Shown: piece by piece, positions 26,201-36,743 of the stretch
How the letters are laid out: each line of letters starts with the position of its first letter
Numbering within the stretch: the stretch's first letter is position 1
Origin: Octopus sinensis
Taxonomy: Eukaryota
DNA: 64,000 nt
Reading direction: 5' to 3'
Assembly: GCF_006345805.1 (NCBI RefSeq)
Contig: NC_043012.1
Coordinates: 32,116,001 to 32,180,000 of the forward strand
The notes under the pieces: generated by a model
What the model saw: the letters and a program-made list of their open reading frames with translations, nothing else
Told to the model about the DNA's origin: nothing
Database searches by the model: none
Made by a program: the position numbers and the translations under genes

Positions 26201-28094
26201 CCACATTGCTTTGTATGCAATTATGCATTCTAGTCATTGCAATTTCATCAAGGGTCCATCACTCATCGTCTTCAAAGTGAACTGACTCAAACAAGCATCC
26301 TGCTTTGGTATTCAGTCAAAGGTAATAGCATTACTGTTTATGTTTGATGAAATGCTGGTCTCATAATTACCTCTGCTGGTATCACAGTTGAAGAGTAGAT
26401 TTAAAAACGTTTATTGAGATTTCAATTTTAGCAGTTTTGTGTATATGTTGCTGTATGGAGTACATTATTTATTCATAGGTATTTTGCTTATTCTGGGTTT
26501 ATACTTTCAATTAATATTATCATTATTAGTAGTAGTAGTATTAGTATAAATATCATTTATTATCATAATGATTATGATAATAAATGTAATTAGCAGAATT
26601 ACATTCATTAAAGTAACAATCACCAAAATGCATAACCCACATTACTAACCTCTCAGGGAATGAGGAAGTATTTAAACTAAATGAGGACTTTTATAATTTA
26701 GTGTTAGAGAAGGCAGAAACTATGTATTGTTTTCAAAATTTTAATTTCCCCCTATCCCCACCGCAATTTCTTAATTTGTAACTTTTTTTTTATCTACAAA
26801 GAAAAATAGAGAGATTATGAATCTGGGATATATATATATATATTTTATAGTCCAATTTTTCTTAAAGAAACACTCAATTTAAAAATACCAGACCACCACC
26901 AGAAAACTTGACATGCTAGAAACAACAGCCAAATGACATTATTTTATGAAGAAACTTCCCCCGCTATACAAAAAGCTAAAAGTGAAACATTGGTAGTGTG
27001 TAGCTTATTGAAAGTGGTGAAGTGATGGGTAAAATTCTTAAAGATTCATACTCTCTGCTTTTTCTCCATGGATTGCCAAGACAAAAAATTTGAAAACATG
27101 TAAAAAATGAGTTTGGTGTGGAGAGGGAGAAAATTGAAATATTGAGAATGTGATTTGTGGGTGAAATCCTTTTCTCCTGTATTGCAAGCATAGGAATGGG
27201 AAGAAGTTTATGTAAAAAAAAATAAGGTGGAGGAGCAGAAATGTCACCTCAAACATACTAGAAAGAAGAGGTAAAGGACAGGATTTCGACCTCACTCGAA
27301 TCTTTTTATACATGCCTCCGGCACAGGTGCCAGTGAAGCGACGTTGGTAACGATCACGCTCGAATGTTGCCCTTTTACATGCCACGGGTATGGAAGCCAG
27401 TTGGCTGCTCTGACAACAATCACGCTCGGATTAGCACCCTACTAGCACATGCACAAGTGCCAGTAAGGCGACGCTGGTATTCCTCGTGTTTAATTTGATA
27501 CAGGATCAAGATATGTTTTACTGGTTCATACTGACATGGGAAATCTGATAATAAAATGACAGCAGTGACAGTAAAGTGGTTAAACAGTTGACCTGCCTGC
27601 TCATAGCTAGGTGGACTACTAGTAGCAATAAACTATAGTTTATAGCTACATGTTGAGATTTACTTCAGCCATTTCATTGATTTTTGTTTTATGAGAAGTG
27701 ACTTAACTCTTTCTGCCTTAGTTCACAAACCCATAGGGAATGGTTTTAGGTCTGGGAATGTTACTTGGTAGATTGATGTCCTGGATATGGAAGTTCATCT
27801 TTGCTTTATGCCACTATGCACCAAATTTTAAGGTGCTGTAGATAATGTTGATTTCTTTTTTTTAACTAGATTGCTTATATTAATACTAAAACTATTTGAT
27901 ATTGTCTTGAATTCATTCTAAATTCGTTTTTTTTTTTATTTATACTATTTACTTTCTGGTAGGACATATTTATTGAAGTACAGACCTTCTGTATAGAATT
28001 TAGTCGAATCCGAGAAGCAGCTGCATTATTCCGATTATTAAAGAATTCCGAGACCAATGGCAGTGGCAATGAACAGCAACAGAACACCAAATGA
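2184..28094 (+). CDS. CNOT11: CCR4-NOT transcription complex subunit 11, 12 coding exons, 454 aa (join 2184-2221, 6056-6161, 8522-8656, 8814-8930, 9928-9981, 12606-12721, 14635-14788, 16649-16855, 18976-19055, 21560-21629, 23510-23665, 27963-28094)
   Basis: Manually spliced exons all have GT-AG ends, compatible phases and total 1365 nt with no internal stop. Peptides such as [91 protein letters not shown] and [12 protein letters not shown] match vertebrate CNOT11 (C-terminal DUF2363) as I recall it. Confidence 0.96.
3022..3439. mobile_element. GGATC-TIR MITE copy 1 (8-bp TSD AAAGGCTG)
   Basis: TIR GGA(T/A)CTTTTCGGTTTGAACGGCAGTTTT, TSD at 3014-3021 and 3440-3447, internal (CCCTAA)n. Confidence 0.88.
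3634..3832. mobile_element. piggyBac-like MITE
   Basis: CCTCCG...CGGAGGG|TTAA termini (left end degenerate) and subterminal inverted repeats GTGCAGTGGGGTAT / ATACCCTACTGCAC. Confidence 0.6.
5589..5809. mobile_element. piggyBac-like MITE (CCCTTTAG family)
   Basis: TTAA|CCCTTTAG...CTAAAGGG|TTAA. Relatives near 4145, 18720-18925 and 55609-55820. Confidence 0.8.
6056..6161 (+). CDS. CNOT11: CNOT11 exon 2 ([35 protein letters not shown])
   Basis: Acceptor ttttag, donor TTG|GTAAGT, conserved FHHYF.KADHF. Confidence 0.93.
6880..7203 (+). mobile_element. tRNA-derived SINE family A (CORE-like ACCTTGGGCAAGT block, internal TA/TG microsatellite)
   Basis: Matches the family A copies at 31765, 35905, 36463/42360, 50165, 60200 and 63580. 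Confidence 0.75.
7352..8429 (-). mobile_element. Internally deleted piggyBac transposon retaining the transposase N-terminus
   Basis: TTAA|CCCTTTCGTTAC...GTAACGAAAGGG|TTAA. Minus ORF 7767-8057 has an acidic N-terminus followed by FSEETGP...[23 protein letters not shown], a PGBD-like pattern. Confidence 0.85.
8522..8656 (+). CDS. CNOT11: CNOT11 exon 3 ([45 protein letters not shown])
   Basis: Acceptor ttttcag, donor CTG|GTAAAT, 135 nt, phase 0/0. Confidence 0.95.
8814..8930 (+). CDS. CNOT11: CNOT11 exon 4 (KATPENQ...[15 protein letters not shown])
   Basis: Acceptor ctctccag, donor GAG|GTAAAA, 117 nt. Confidence 0.9.
9000..9410. mobile_element. GGATC-TIR MITE copy 2 (8-bp TSD CAAGAAAA)
   Basis: Same family. 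TSD at 8992-8999 and 9411-9418. Confidence 0.88.
9928..9981 (+). CDS. CNOT11: CNOT11 exon 5 ([18 protein letters not shown])
   Basis: Acceptor cttacag, donor CAG|GTTAGT, conserved FKKTP.Q. Confidence 0.9.
10093..10893 (+). mobile_element. tRNA-derived SINE family F interrupted by an RTE 3' end
   Basis: A-box and B-box-like head. Insert at ~10276-10750 is flanked by AACATT duplication. The uninterrupted copy at 61585-61870 reads GGACAACATTGGTGGC. Confidence 0.78.
12252..12485. mobile_element. GGATC-TIR MITE copy 3, internally deleted, opposite orientation (TSD AATATTTG)
   Basis: Both TIRs present. TSD at 12244-12251 and 12486-12493. Confidence 0.88.
12606..12721 (+). CDS. CNOT11: CNOT11 exon 6 ([38 protein letters not shown])
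   Basis: Acceptor ctttatag, donor AG|GTAAGT, conserved LAE.QSELP and DPD. Confidence 0.92.
12925..13300 (-). mobile_element. CR1/L2-group LINE 3' fragment with (TAT)n tail
   Basis: Minus ORF has TRGHVYKV.K...[20 protein letters not shown]...FK, the typical CR1-group C-terminus. The same tail occurs at ~16415 and ~45085. Confidence 0.8.
13502..14300 (-). mobile_element. Decayed Tc1/mariner (maT/DD37D-like) element
   Basis: TIR-like CAGGGTGTCCAGGCTAAATTTGA / TCAAATTTAGCCCAAACACCCT. Frameshifted minus peptides include TKTK..GVSSE, FWP.N.P...MDYYEWG and ACTRF...[12 protein letters not shown]. Confidence 0.7.
14635..14788 (+). CDS. CNOT11: CNOT11 exon 7 (FEQFGKPG...[17 protein letters not shown])
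   Basis: Acceptor tacattag is the one that keeps phase 2; the nearby aacag at 14644 would shift frame. Donor GAG|GTGAGG. Confidence 0.88.
15156..15385 (-). mobile_element. SINE family B
   Basis: Reverse match to 29710-29930. Confidence 0.8.
15958..16410 (+). mobile_element. GC-richer interspersed repeat, possibly a Penelope-like terminal (pLTR) segment with a hammerhead-like core
   Basis: Abrupt GC-rich block in an AT-rich intron containing CTGATGA...GAAAC. The family call is inference. Confidence 0.4.
16649..16855 (+). CDS. CNOT11: CNOT11 exon 8 ([11 protein letters not shown]...[18 protein letters not shown])
   Basis: Acceptor tttttaag, donor AAG|GTATGT, 207 nt. Confidence 0.95.
16939..18692 (+). 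mobile_element. Decayed Tc1-like transposon interrupted by an RTE fragment
   Basis: TA|CAGGGCTTGGACAAAATAATGGAAACACC left end. HTH segment [30 protein letters not shown] and catalytic segment [10 protein letters not shown]...WPPQSPDL. Right TIR not seen. Confidence 0.85.
17431..18122 (-). mobile_element. Internal RTE LINE fragment (RT plus Cys/His finger)
   Basis: Minus ORF 17767-18150 is colinear with the RTE copies at 24.6 kb and 38.8 kb. Confidence 0.9.
18976..19055 (+). CDS. CNOT11: CNOT11 exon 9 ([27 protein letters not shown])
   Basis: Acceptor tgtttcag, donor GA|GTAAGA, phase 0/2. Confidence 0.95.
19244..19446. repeat. Unclassified ~200 bp interspersed repeat
   Basis: CGGAGATGTACTTGCATAG...CTTCGTGCTGCAT recurs at 52786-52969 and inverted at 52975-53125. 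Confidence 0.75.
20044..20407 (-). mobile_element. Non-autonomous Helitron, complete copy
   Basis: On the minus strand: A|TC...CTAG|T, no TSD, 3' hairpin. Confidence 0.82.
20598..20818. mobile_element. piggyBac MITE with termini related to the 7352-8429 element
   Basis: TTAA|CCCTTTTGTTAC...GTATCGAAAGGG|TTAA. Second copy at 62202-62410. Confidence 0.8.
21560..21629 (+). CDS. CNOT11: CNOT11 exon 10 ([23 protein letters not shown])
   Basis: Acceptor attttag, donor TCA|GTAAGT. Confidence 0.95.
21931..22113 (-). mobile_element. Helitron, 3' half
   Basis: Terminal hairpin CTAGCACTATGACCCGGC-GTT-GCCGGGTCATAGTGCTAG plus body, 5'-truncated. Confidence 0.8.
22547..22910 (+). mobile_element. Non-autonomous Helitron, complete copy
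   Basis: A|TCTCTATGTATATAAA...CATAGTGCTAG|T. Confidence 0.85.
23510..23665 (+). CDS. CNOT11: CNOT11 exon 11 ([17 protein letters not shown]...[10 protein letters not shown])
   Basis: Acceptor tatttcag, donor AAG|GTAATT, 156 nt. Confidence 0.96.
24054..25845 (+). mobile_element. 5'-truncated RTE LINE (RT, 3' UTR, (ATG)n tail) in CNOT11 intron 11
   Basis: ORF 24036-25451 has [49 protein letters not shown] and LRWYGHV. Premature TGA near the C-terminus, probably from CGA. Confidence 0.95.
25856..26066 (-). mobile_element. SINE family B
   Basis: Reverse match to 29710-29930. Confidence 0.8.
27963..28094 (+). CDS. CNOT11: CNOT11 last coding exon ([43 protein letters not shown])
   Basis: Acceptor ttctggtag, TGA at 28092-28094. 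Confidence 0.95.
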   Translation, partial: DIFIEVQTFCIEFSRIREAAALFRLLKNSETNGSGNEQQQNTK

Positions 28095-29709
28095 TTGTAA
28101 ATTAAAAAAAAAAAAGGTAAAACAGAAACTTAAGAAAAAAAATAAAATGTAAAGAGAAATTGGTTACCTATTGAATTTTATTAAACTCTCTGTCTCCTAG
28201 AAGTATTTCTGATTGCCCACCTGCTTTTACTGAAGGACAAAGCAATAATGAGTACATAACTTTAGTTACTGAGAGGTAAGTAATGTTAAACTGATAAAAC
28301 AACAGCTGGAGTGACCAAGGGGTGACCAAAGCAAGATTTTTGGGCAAAAGATTTTGTTTTCAAAAGTTAATCTTAGCTTGCATAAGAACTCTTTAAAAGG
28401 TCTGGCCTATATTTCTATTCACATTTATTTATAGCATTTTATTACTTTTTTTTTCACTTCAAGTATGACTTTTAAAGGCTTATTGGTATGAGATATTGAT
28501 GTTTACAAAACTTCAAAATGTTAAAAAAACAAAAAAAAAAAACATTTCTTCATACTTGATAAATTAATCTTTGCTAAAACTTTGTGTGTGTGTAGGTAGG
28601 TTGGTTGATAAATATTTTTTAGAATAGGTACACTGTTTCCTGTGTCATAAAACACAACTAAAAGGATCGGCATCAGAAAGGGTAACTAACTACAAAGACT
28701 GTCTGAAAAAGTTCCATTTAGCCCTGTTGCCAATATAGAAAGGTGGAGGTAAAATTGACACTGATGACAAAGGCAGCAGCATCATCTGTTTTGCAGAAAG
28801 GGCTAGAGAAAACTCACATCCAATAGGTTTTAATATAAATACATCAGGCAAATTTATTTAAATCCACCATAACAATTGTGGTTCTCTTGATATGGTTCTT
28901 CTCTACAGAACTAAAGATCAGTTTTATGACTCACTTGCCTTGGTCAGTCTAAGCAGAGAAATCAGCCCAATTCTATTTTTAAAGACATGAAAACCATAAA
29001 CACAAGTCCAATAAAGAAATTCAGTTCTTCCAATAAATGAATGTAAGAGCATTTTTATATTTTCATTTCTAGAAATCTATATAAAATGTTTGGTGCGTTT
29101 TTGATGAATTTAAGTACTTCTTAAGAAATTATTTTTAGTTGTTCACCAAATTCGGTTGGAGATGGCAGTCCTGGATACATTATGAGTTCTAGAATCTGTG
29201 CTTGCTTGCTTGGTACAGAATGTTGCATGAAATATTCAGTTTTCTTTCTATAGATGACCATCTTAGCAATGGCCTGGTTGTCAAACAGTTTAGACCTTGG
29301 AACCAATTGGTGGAGATAGTTTCTACAATAGTGGAGATATTTTTTGTTCCACTGGTAAGATGCTTGGTTGCTGCCAACCTTCATTTTGTTAGGCAAAGTT
29401 TAGCAACAAAGTTCTAGATTAAGTCCTTAAACATTGGAACTAATGTTACGTTTGTAATTACTGAATTGTCTTGCATTGTTTTGGTTGTAACAGAAGTCTC
29501 TACGAATGGAGAGAAACCACTTCCTTTCCGTTTAGAGACTTCTGTCTCTATGATCTTAAATTTCTGCTCCTATAAAAAAAGTCTCCATACAACCAAACAT
29601 ACCTGCAGCTATTTCATATTATTTAATAGGCTACAAACTTTTAAAGAGAGAAAATAGAATTAAAGGTCTATAAAGTATGAAAATTGAAGAAAGAAATAAG
29701 GTTAAGATA

Positions 29710-29930
29710 AAGGCGGCGAGCTGGCAGAAACGTTAGCACACTGGGCGAAATGCTTATTGGTATTTCGTCTGTCTCTACGTTCTGAGTTCAAATTCCGCTG
29801 AGGTCGACTTTGCCTTTCATCCTTTCGGAGTCGATAAATTAAGTACCAGATACGCACTGGGGTCGATGTAATCGACTTAATCTCTTTGTCTGTCCCTTCT
29901 ATGTTTAGCTCCTTGTGGGCAAAAAAAATA
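29710..29930 (+). mobile_element. SINE family B (central GCCTTTCATCCTTTCGGGGTCGATAAA..AAGTACCAG block)
   Basis: Further copies at 10975-11110(+), 15156-15385(-), 25856-26066(-), 43847-44057(+), 44660-44880(-) and 51210-51380(+). Confidence 0.82.
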
Positions 29931-31764
29931 AGGTTAAGATTAAGCAAGCTCAAGTAATTGATATTGTTGCCCTTCAATAAAACCAAAAATGTTTGTACCT
30001 TAATGAAGGAAACTAATCATAATAAAGAGCTGACGAATTTAATCAAGACTACCTCCATCAGGGAAAGATAAATAGTGTTGAACAAGGCTTAAAATTGAAA
30101 AGCAAGGGCGGCAACTCAAAATATACAACCAGCAGTTGTCAAGGTAAGAAAATCCCTCTCCACCTGCTTGCTGTTGGTGCTACTTTTTATAATCCTTAGG
30201 AGGTTGTGTCAAAGGAAGCTGAAGTCAGCATATTTATGAAAGAGTTTTAGATGTAATAAGGTCGCGTCAAACTTATGAATGAAGGCTACAACTCTGAAAT
30301 TCATTCTGATTTATGTAGTTTTTTTTTTTATCCCAGACAACTTGTAATAATATTTTTCTTTTAATAGAAACCTAATTATAGTTTGACCAAGTAGTGTACA
30401 AATTATCTTCAAACTGTAACAATTGTATGATACTACATACATAGGGCAATAAACTCATCTGTCAGTATTATGAGATTATTTAATGTGAAGAAAATATTAG
30501 AGAAATAAAACAAAATACAAACTTAAATTTTTAAATATTGCTGATTGCCAGTAAAAATATTATTCATAAGTCACTTGTACATATATCGTTTCATCTCACA
30601 ACTAATATCTTTTTGCATCACTCTAACCAAATTTGTCAAGCTTTTTTTTCAAGAAGAGGTTTTGTATATTTTTCATTAAGTAATTTCTGTTACAAAATTT
30701 TACATTGAATTCCAAGAATTCTTTATTCTCTTGATTTCAACATCTTACAACTATAAGTGTGCCGTCTTCTGCTTTTTATGCCACTACTGCAATGGCATTT
30801 TTTCTCAAAGCTAGCTGGTCTCATGCTATCTCCATCATGAGACTGCTAACTCACTCTTATCTCTTCTTCCCTCTCCCCCTTGCTCTCCAGAATATCAATC
30901 TGATGGAACATCTTTCCCCCCTCTGCTAATCTCTTTCCTGCAGGTGTTGACTTGCAGCCACTTAAATGGAACATTAACATCATCAATCTCACCTATCTCA
31001 GAGGGCTGTGGCTACTGCCCATTCCCCCAGACTTAACAAATACAATTTCTGGTGAGTTCTGTTGATGAGAGTAAAACTGGAGACTAATGTGTGATGATCA
31101 TCACTAGAAGGGAGTGTTATGTCTAGTTGCATCATTACTGCAGGTGAAGTACATAAGTGTAGCAGAGTAAGAGGGAAGAACAGAATCTTACAATATCATC
31201 TTCTTGGTTCTTTGCTGCTCTCATTTCAATTCTGATGAAATTGGTTCAACTTTTGTATACTTTCTAAAACAATTAACATAGCTACAATTTCAAGAATCCA
31301 GTGAATCAACTCTGTATCTTGTTCTTGTATGTAATGAAGTCATAGTGCACAAGCCCGCGCATTTTGCACTTTGGTAGTGCTCCTCTGCAGTTACAGACAA
31401 ATTTGGAAAAGCTTGTTTATTTGTAAAGAAGCCTAAGAACTCCTAAAAATGATGGAACCAAAGAATAGTACATTCTGTTTGTACAAAATTTGCTTTTCTT
31501 TTCCTTTATCATGATCCATAATTGAAATGTAGAAATATTTAAAACATTTACTTCTTTATATGAAAAATCCGCTGCAACTCTTAACATTCCTTTAAACTCT
31601 TTTTAGAATATCTACTATGAAAGCTAGTAAACCATTCCTTTAGACTTGATGTCTCTCAAAAAGTGTACAGCTTCATAACATCAGTTACCGTCTAAAGAAA
31701 TGAAACTACTCCAGTAGTTATATATTTGCTAACATCCAAATGAAAATACTCTCATTTTTTTTTC

Positions 31765-32118
31765 TTTTACTTGTTTCAGTCATTTTGACCGTGGGCCATG
31801 CTGGGGCACCGCCTTTAGTCGAGCAAATCGACCCCAGGACTTATTCTATTGGTCTCTTTTGCTGAACTGCTAAGTTGTGGGGACGTAAACACACCAGCAT
31901 CAGTTGTTAAGCTATGTTGGGGGGACAAACACAAACACATACATATATATACATATATACGACGGGCTTCTTTCAGTTTCCGTCTACCAAATCCACTCAC
32001 AAGGCTTTGGTCGGCCCGAGGCTATAGTAGAAGACACTTGCCCAAGGTGCCACACAGTGGGACTGAACCCGGAACCATGTGGTTCGTAGGCAAGCTACTT
32101 ATCACACAGCCACTCCTA
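31765..32118 (-). mobile_element. SINE family A
   Basis: Full head-to-tail match in reverse, from GGAGTGGCTGTGTG to GACTGAAACAAGTAAAAGA. Confidence 0.85.
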
Positions 32119-35100
32119 CACCTATTAAATATTTGCTAACATCCAACTAAGCCACTATGTTTTCTTTCTCCAATTTTCTTAAAATGATTTTGAAATTAGA
32201 AATTTCTTTCATCTTTTCCTCAGAATTGGGCTTGACATCATGAGTTTTTTGTTTATATTTTTATTTCCATTATCACTGTTGGAAACTGATTGTATAAACA
32301 TTGCTTAATAAATCAATGTTATTTATTTTTTACAATAAAATTAATAGAATTTTTTGTTGTTATTTGTTATTTAATTTACCTGGCTAAATAGCCAAACTTC
32401 CAGTACTCAGGAGAGGGGGTCACATCATCATCATCGATTAACATCCGTTTTCCGTGCTAGCACAGGTTGGACGGTTCGACCAGGGTCTGTGAAGCCAGGA
32501 GGCAGCACCAGGCTCCAATCTTGATCTGGCAGTGTTTCTACAGCTGGATGCCCTTCCTAATGCCAACAACTCCGTGAGTGTAGTGGGTGTTTTTTTACGT
32601 GCCAGGGGAGGCTGGCAGCGGCCACAATCGGTTGATGCTTTTTACGTGCCACTGGCACAGAAGCTAGTTAAGGCGGCGCTGGCATCGGCCACATTCAAAT
32701 GGTGCTTTTTACATGCCACCGGCACAGGTATCATAACTACAATTTCCATTTGATATTTATTTTGATGTTGATGTACTTGACTCAGTAGGTCTCCTCAAGC
32801 ACAGCTATTGAGTCAAGTACATCAACGTCAAAATAAATATCAAATGGAAAATGTAGTTGTGATACCTGTGCCGGTGGCACGTAAAAAGCTCCATACAGCA
32901 GCAATAAAGTTTGAAAAGGTGTAATACCTTACTTGATGTGATAAGGACTATGGGATTATTGCTTCATTGCTATATTTACAAATGCTTATCGGTTGTTGAA
33001 AATTTATCTCTTATCTTTTATTTGTTTTAGTCATTAGACTGCGGCCATGCTGGGGCACCACCTTGAATTTTTAGTCGAATGAATCAATACCAAAACATTT
33101 TTTATATTTTAAGCCTGGTACTTATTCTATCGGTCTCTTTAGCTGAACTGCTAAGTTATGGGGGACATAAACATGCCAGCACTGATTGTCATGCAAAGAT
33201 ACATACAGATATATACAAACATATATCATCGTCAATGTTGCCTTACAGGCACCTGTGCTGGTGGCATGTGTAAAAAGATTTGAGCGAGGTCGTTGCCAGT
33301 ACTGCCTGACTGACCCCCGTGCGAGTGGCTTGTAAAAAGCACCCACTACACTCTCGGAGTGGTTGGTGTTAGGAAGGGCATCCAGCTGTAGAAACTCTGC
33401 CAAATCAAGATTGGAGCCTGGTGCAGCCATCTGGTTCGCCAGCCCTCAGTCAAAATCGTCCAACCCCATGCTAGCATGGAAAGCAGACGTTAAACGATGA
33501 TGATGATCATCATCATCATTTGATATCTGCTTTCCATGCTGGCATGGGTTGGATGGTTTGACAGGAGCTGGCAAGCCATAAGATTGCACCAGGTTTCAGT
33601 GTTTCTTTTGGCATGGTTTTTATGGCTGGATGCCCTTCCTAATACTAACCACCCTATCTACCAAATCCACTCACAAGCCTTTGGTTGGCCCAAGGCTATA
33701 ATAGAAAGAAGACACTTGCCCAAGGTGCCACACAGTGGAACTGAACCCAAAACCATGTGGATGGGAAACAATCATCTTACCACACAACTACATGGATTTA
33801 TTTCAAAAATCAGCTAGAATTTTCCTAGTAATTCCACTTTATGTAGGTTATGAGGTGGTACCAAAAGCAAGGTTGCCAATTTAGCGTATTTTATTCTAGA
33901 TCTAGCATTTTTTTTCAGCATTTAGCAGAAAATTTTTGAATCTAGCATTTAGCTGGGAAAATAGGTTTAAAATTATTTTTAGCATTTTTCTCTGATGATG
34001 ACATTTCCACAATAGTTACTCTTTTTTTCTTCTTTTTCCTTCTTTTCTACTTATTGCCAAATGTTAGTACTATCAGCTATTGTTGAATTTTTCTTTCACT
34101 TTCACGAAACTTCAAATGAAAGTTTATCAAAAGGAATTTTATCAAGTTATGAACTTTCCCAGCCCTGCTCTACATGCTCGGATACAGAGTGGTGCTGGTG
34201 GGGCAAGGGGAAAAAGATAACTCATATCAGCACATGAACTCACTTCACAATAATGTAAATATGTTACAGAGAGTGAAAGCATGGAAATTTGTCCTAACAA
34301 TGCTTTATTCTGAAGTGATGAGTTTTTATCGTGACATATTGGCTGATTTACTTTCAGTTTGACTGTTTTAAAATAGGCCTGCGTTTTTTCATGCTTGTTT
34401 TGGATTATATATCTTGTGTAAAAGTACGGGGGTGGCGGAGTCTCCCCCTGTATATTTCTTCTACTTACTTTGTTTCTCAAGTATTGTAGTTATATTTGTG
34501 GTTTTATCAGTAGATATTAAATGTAAGATTGGAAGCGAAATATGATGTTCCCAGGTTTATGTCAGAACAGTTTTAGGATTTCTGCAGATTTTACTTTTCC
34601 ATTTATAAGTCGGCCCCCTGCATCCTGAATCAGTATTCTTCACCTCAAGAATTTGTAAGCAGCAAATATAGAATTGTTAGCGGCAAACTGATGAGTTGTG
34701 TTTTCTATTCTATATCTTTATTAATCATTCAATTTATTTTCTTGCTTCCCATTACATTATAACGAGCAAAGAAAAAACAAAGTTGTACCAGCAAAAATTC
34801 TGAAAGGAATGACTTAAGATGCCAGCGTTCGCTAAGTGGTTGTGTGAAGTACCTAGTGGCCAATCTAAAGCACATTGCAGATATATTATGTTGGCAAAAT
34901 ATTCTCTGTTAGTAAGCCACTGTGAAGCAAAGAAACATAAGGCATCAACTCCACAGCAAATGATTCCTCTTACCAATTTTATTAAAACCAAAAATGATAA
35001 AGACATCTATGCTTGAAGCAAATTTAGCAATGTTTATTTGTTGCCATTCATCATTTAATAGCTGTGATCACTTAATAGAGTTATGTAAGAATTATATGTT

Positions 35101-35904
35101 TGTGATATTATGTCAAAAGTGAAGTTGTATCGTACAAAATGTGCAAATATTGTGAGAAATGTTCTAGCTCCATATTTTGATGGAGATTTGATTTCTGATA
35201 TAGGAGATAGAAAATTTAGTCACTTATTAGATGAATCCAATGATATATCAATAAACAAGTTGTTATGGATTATTATTATATATTACAATGACACTCACAA
35301 AAAAGTGGTACATACATATCTCAGTATGGTATCTTTAGAAACGTGATGCAGATGGCATTAAAAACTGAATTAGTGAAAAAGAAACAAGATATAAAAAATT
35401 TACTGGTCATAGGAACCGACAATGCTCGAGTAATGATAGGAGTCAACAATGGTGTTTTCCAAAAATTAAAAGAAGTTCCATCATTACTTCTATTTAGATG
35501 TGTATGTCATTCTTTACGGTTTGCAGTATCCCACACTTGTGCTGAATGCTTGCCCATAAATTTAGAATTTTTAGTATCCGAAACCTATGAATGGTCCTCT
35601 CATTCTTCAACAAGACAAAGTGCCTACAAACAACTTTACCTTGCTATCAATGATAAAGAGCCTTTGAAAATTTTGAATTTTTGTACAACTAGGTGGCTGT
35701 CAATAGAACCAGCTGTAAATAGAATTTTAAGCCAATGGTTTGAATGCAAACTCACTTCCAAACTACAATTACAAAAGAAAAATGCCTTACAGTACAAACG
35801 TTACATGAAACGTTTTGTGTTTCTAGGATTGAACATTACCTTTTATTTTTGCATCCAATTTTGAAACATGTTCAGGAAGTGAATAAGCTGTTCGAATCAA
35901 ACAC

Positions 35905-36265
35905 TCTTTTACTTGTTTCAGTCATTTGACTGTGGCCATGCTGAAGCACCACCTTTAGTCAAGCAAATCGACCCCAGGACTTATTCTTTGTAAGCCTAGT
36001 ACTTATTCTATCGGTCTCTTTTGCTGAACTGCTAAGTTACAGGGACGTAAACACACCAGCATCGGTTGTCAAGAGATGTTGGGAGGACACACACATACAT
36101 ATATATACGACAGGATTCTTTCAGTTTCTGTCTACCAAATCCACTCACAATGCTTTGGTTGGCCCGAGGTTATAGTAGAAGACACTTGCCCAAGGTGCCA
36201 CGCAGTGGGACTGAACTCTGAACCATGTGGTCGGTAAGCAAGCTACTTACCACACGGCCACTCCT
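35905..36265 (-). mobile_element. SINE family A inserted in the hAT transposase
   Basis: Full-length reverse copy interrupting the transposase reading frame after ...KLFESN. Confidence 0.85.
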
Positions 36266-36630
36266 ACTCCACTGTCAACAAAATAAAATTACTTAAAGAT
36301 CTTTCAAATTTGATCAAATCTGTTTCCAATGTACAGTTGATCCTCTTGATCCTGATGCTTCTATTGAAAAATTTCTGGATCCTAAACCAAATTTAGATGG
36401 CAGAAATGATTATCAAGAAAACTGTAACAGCCACTGAAGAAAATAATATTTGCAAAAGGCATAGGAGAGTGGCTGTGTGGTAAGTAGCTTGCTTATGAAT
36501 CACACGGTTCCGGGTTCAGTCCAACTGCATGGCACCTTGGGCAAGTGTCTTCTACTATAGCCTCGGGCCAACCAAAGCCTTGTGAGTGGATTTGGTAGAC
36601 GGAAACTGAAAGAAGCCCGTCATATATATG

Positions 36631-36673
<43 letters not shown>

Positions 36674-36743
36674 GTATGTATGTATATATAGATATATATG
36701 TATGTATGTATATATATAGATATATATATATATATGTATGTAT

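Noticed and set aside
2222-27962. U12-type (minor) introns in CNOT11
   Set aside because: All donors are GT(A/G/T) U2-type; none has the GTATCCTT or ATATCCTT signature.
29121-29417. Overlapping 60-90 aa ORFs
   Set aside because: No identifiable domain; probably an old degraded repeat or UTR sequence.
31290-31691. Minus-strand exon pair (EFLGFFTNKQAFPNLSV...; ...GMLRVAADFSYKE)
   Set aside because: Splice signals look plausible, but the upstream segment has stops in all three frames and I recognise no homology. Not supportable as CDS.
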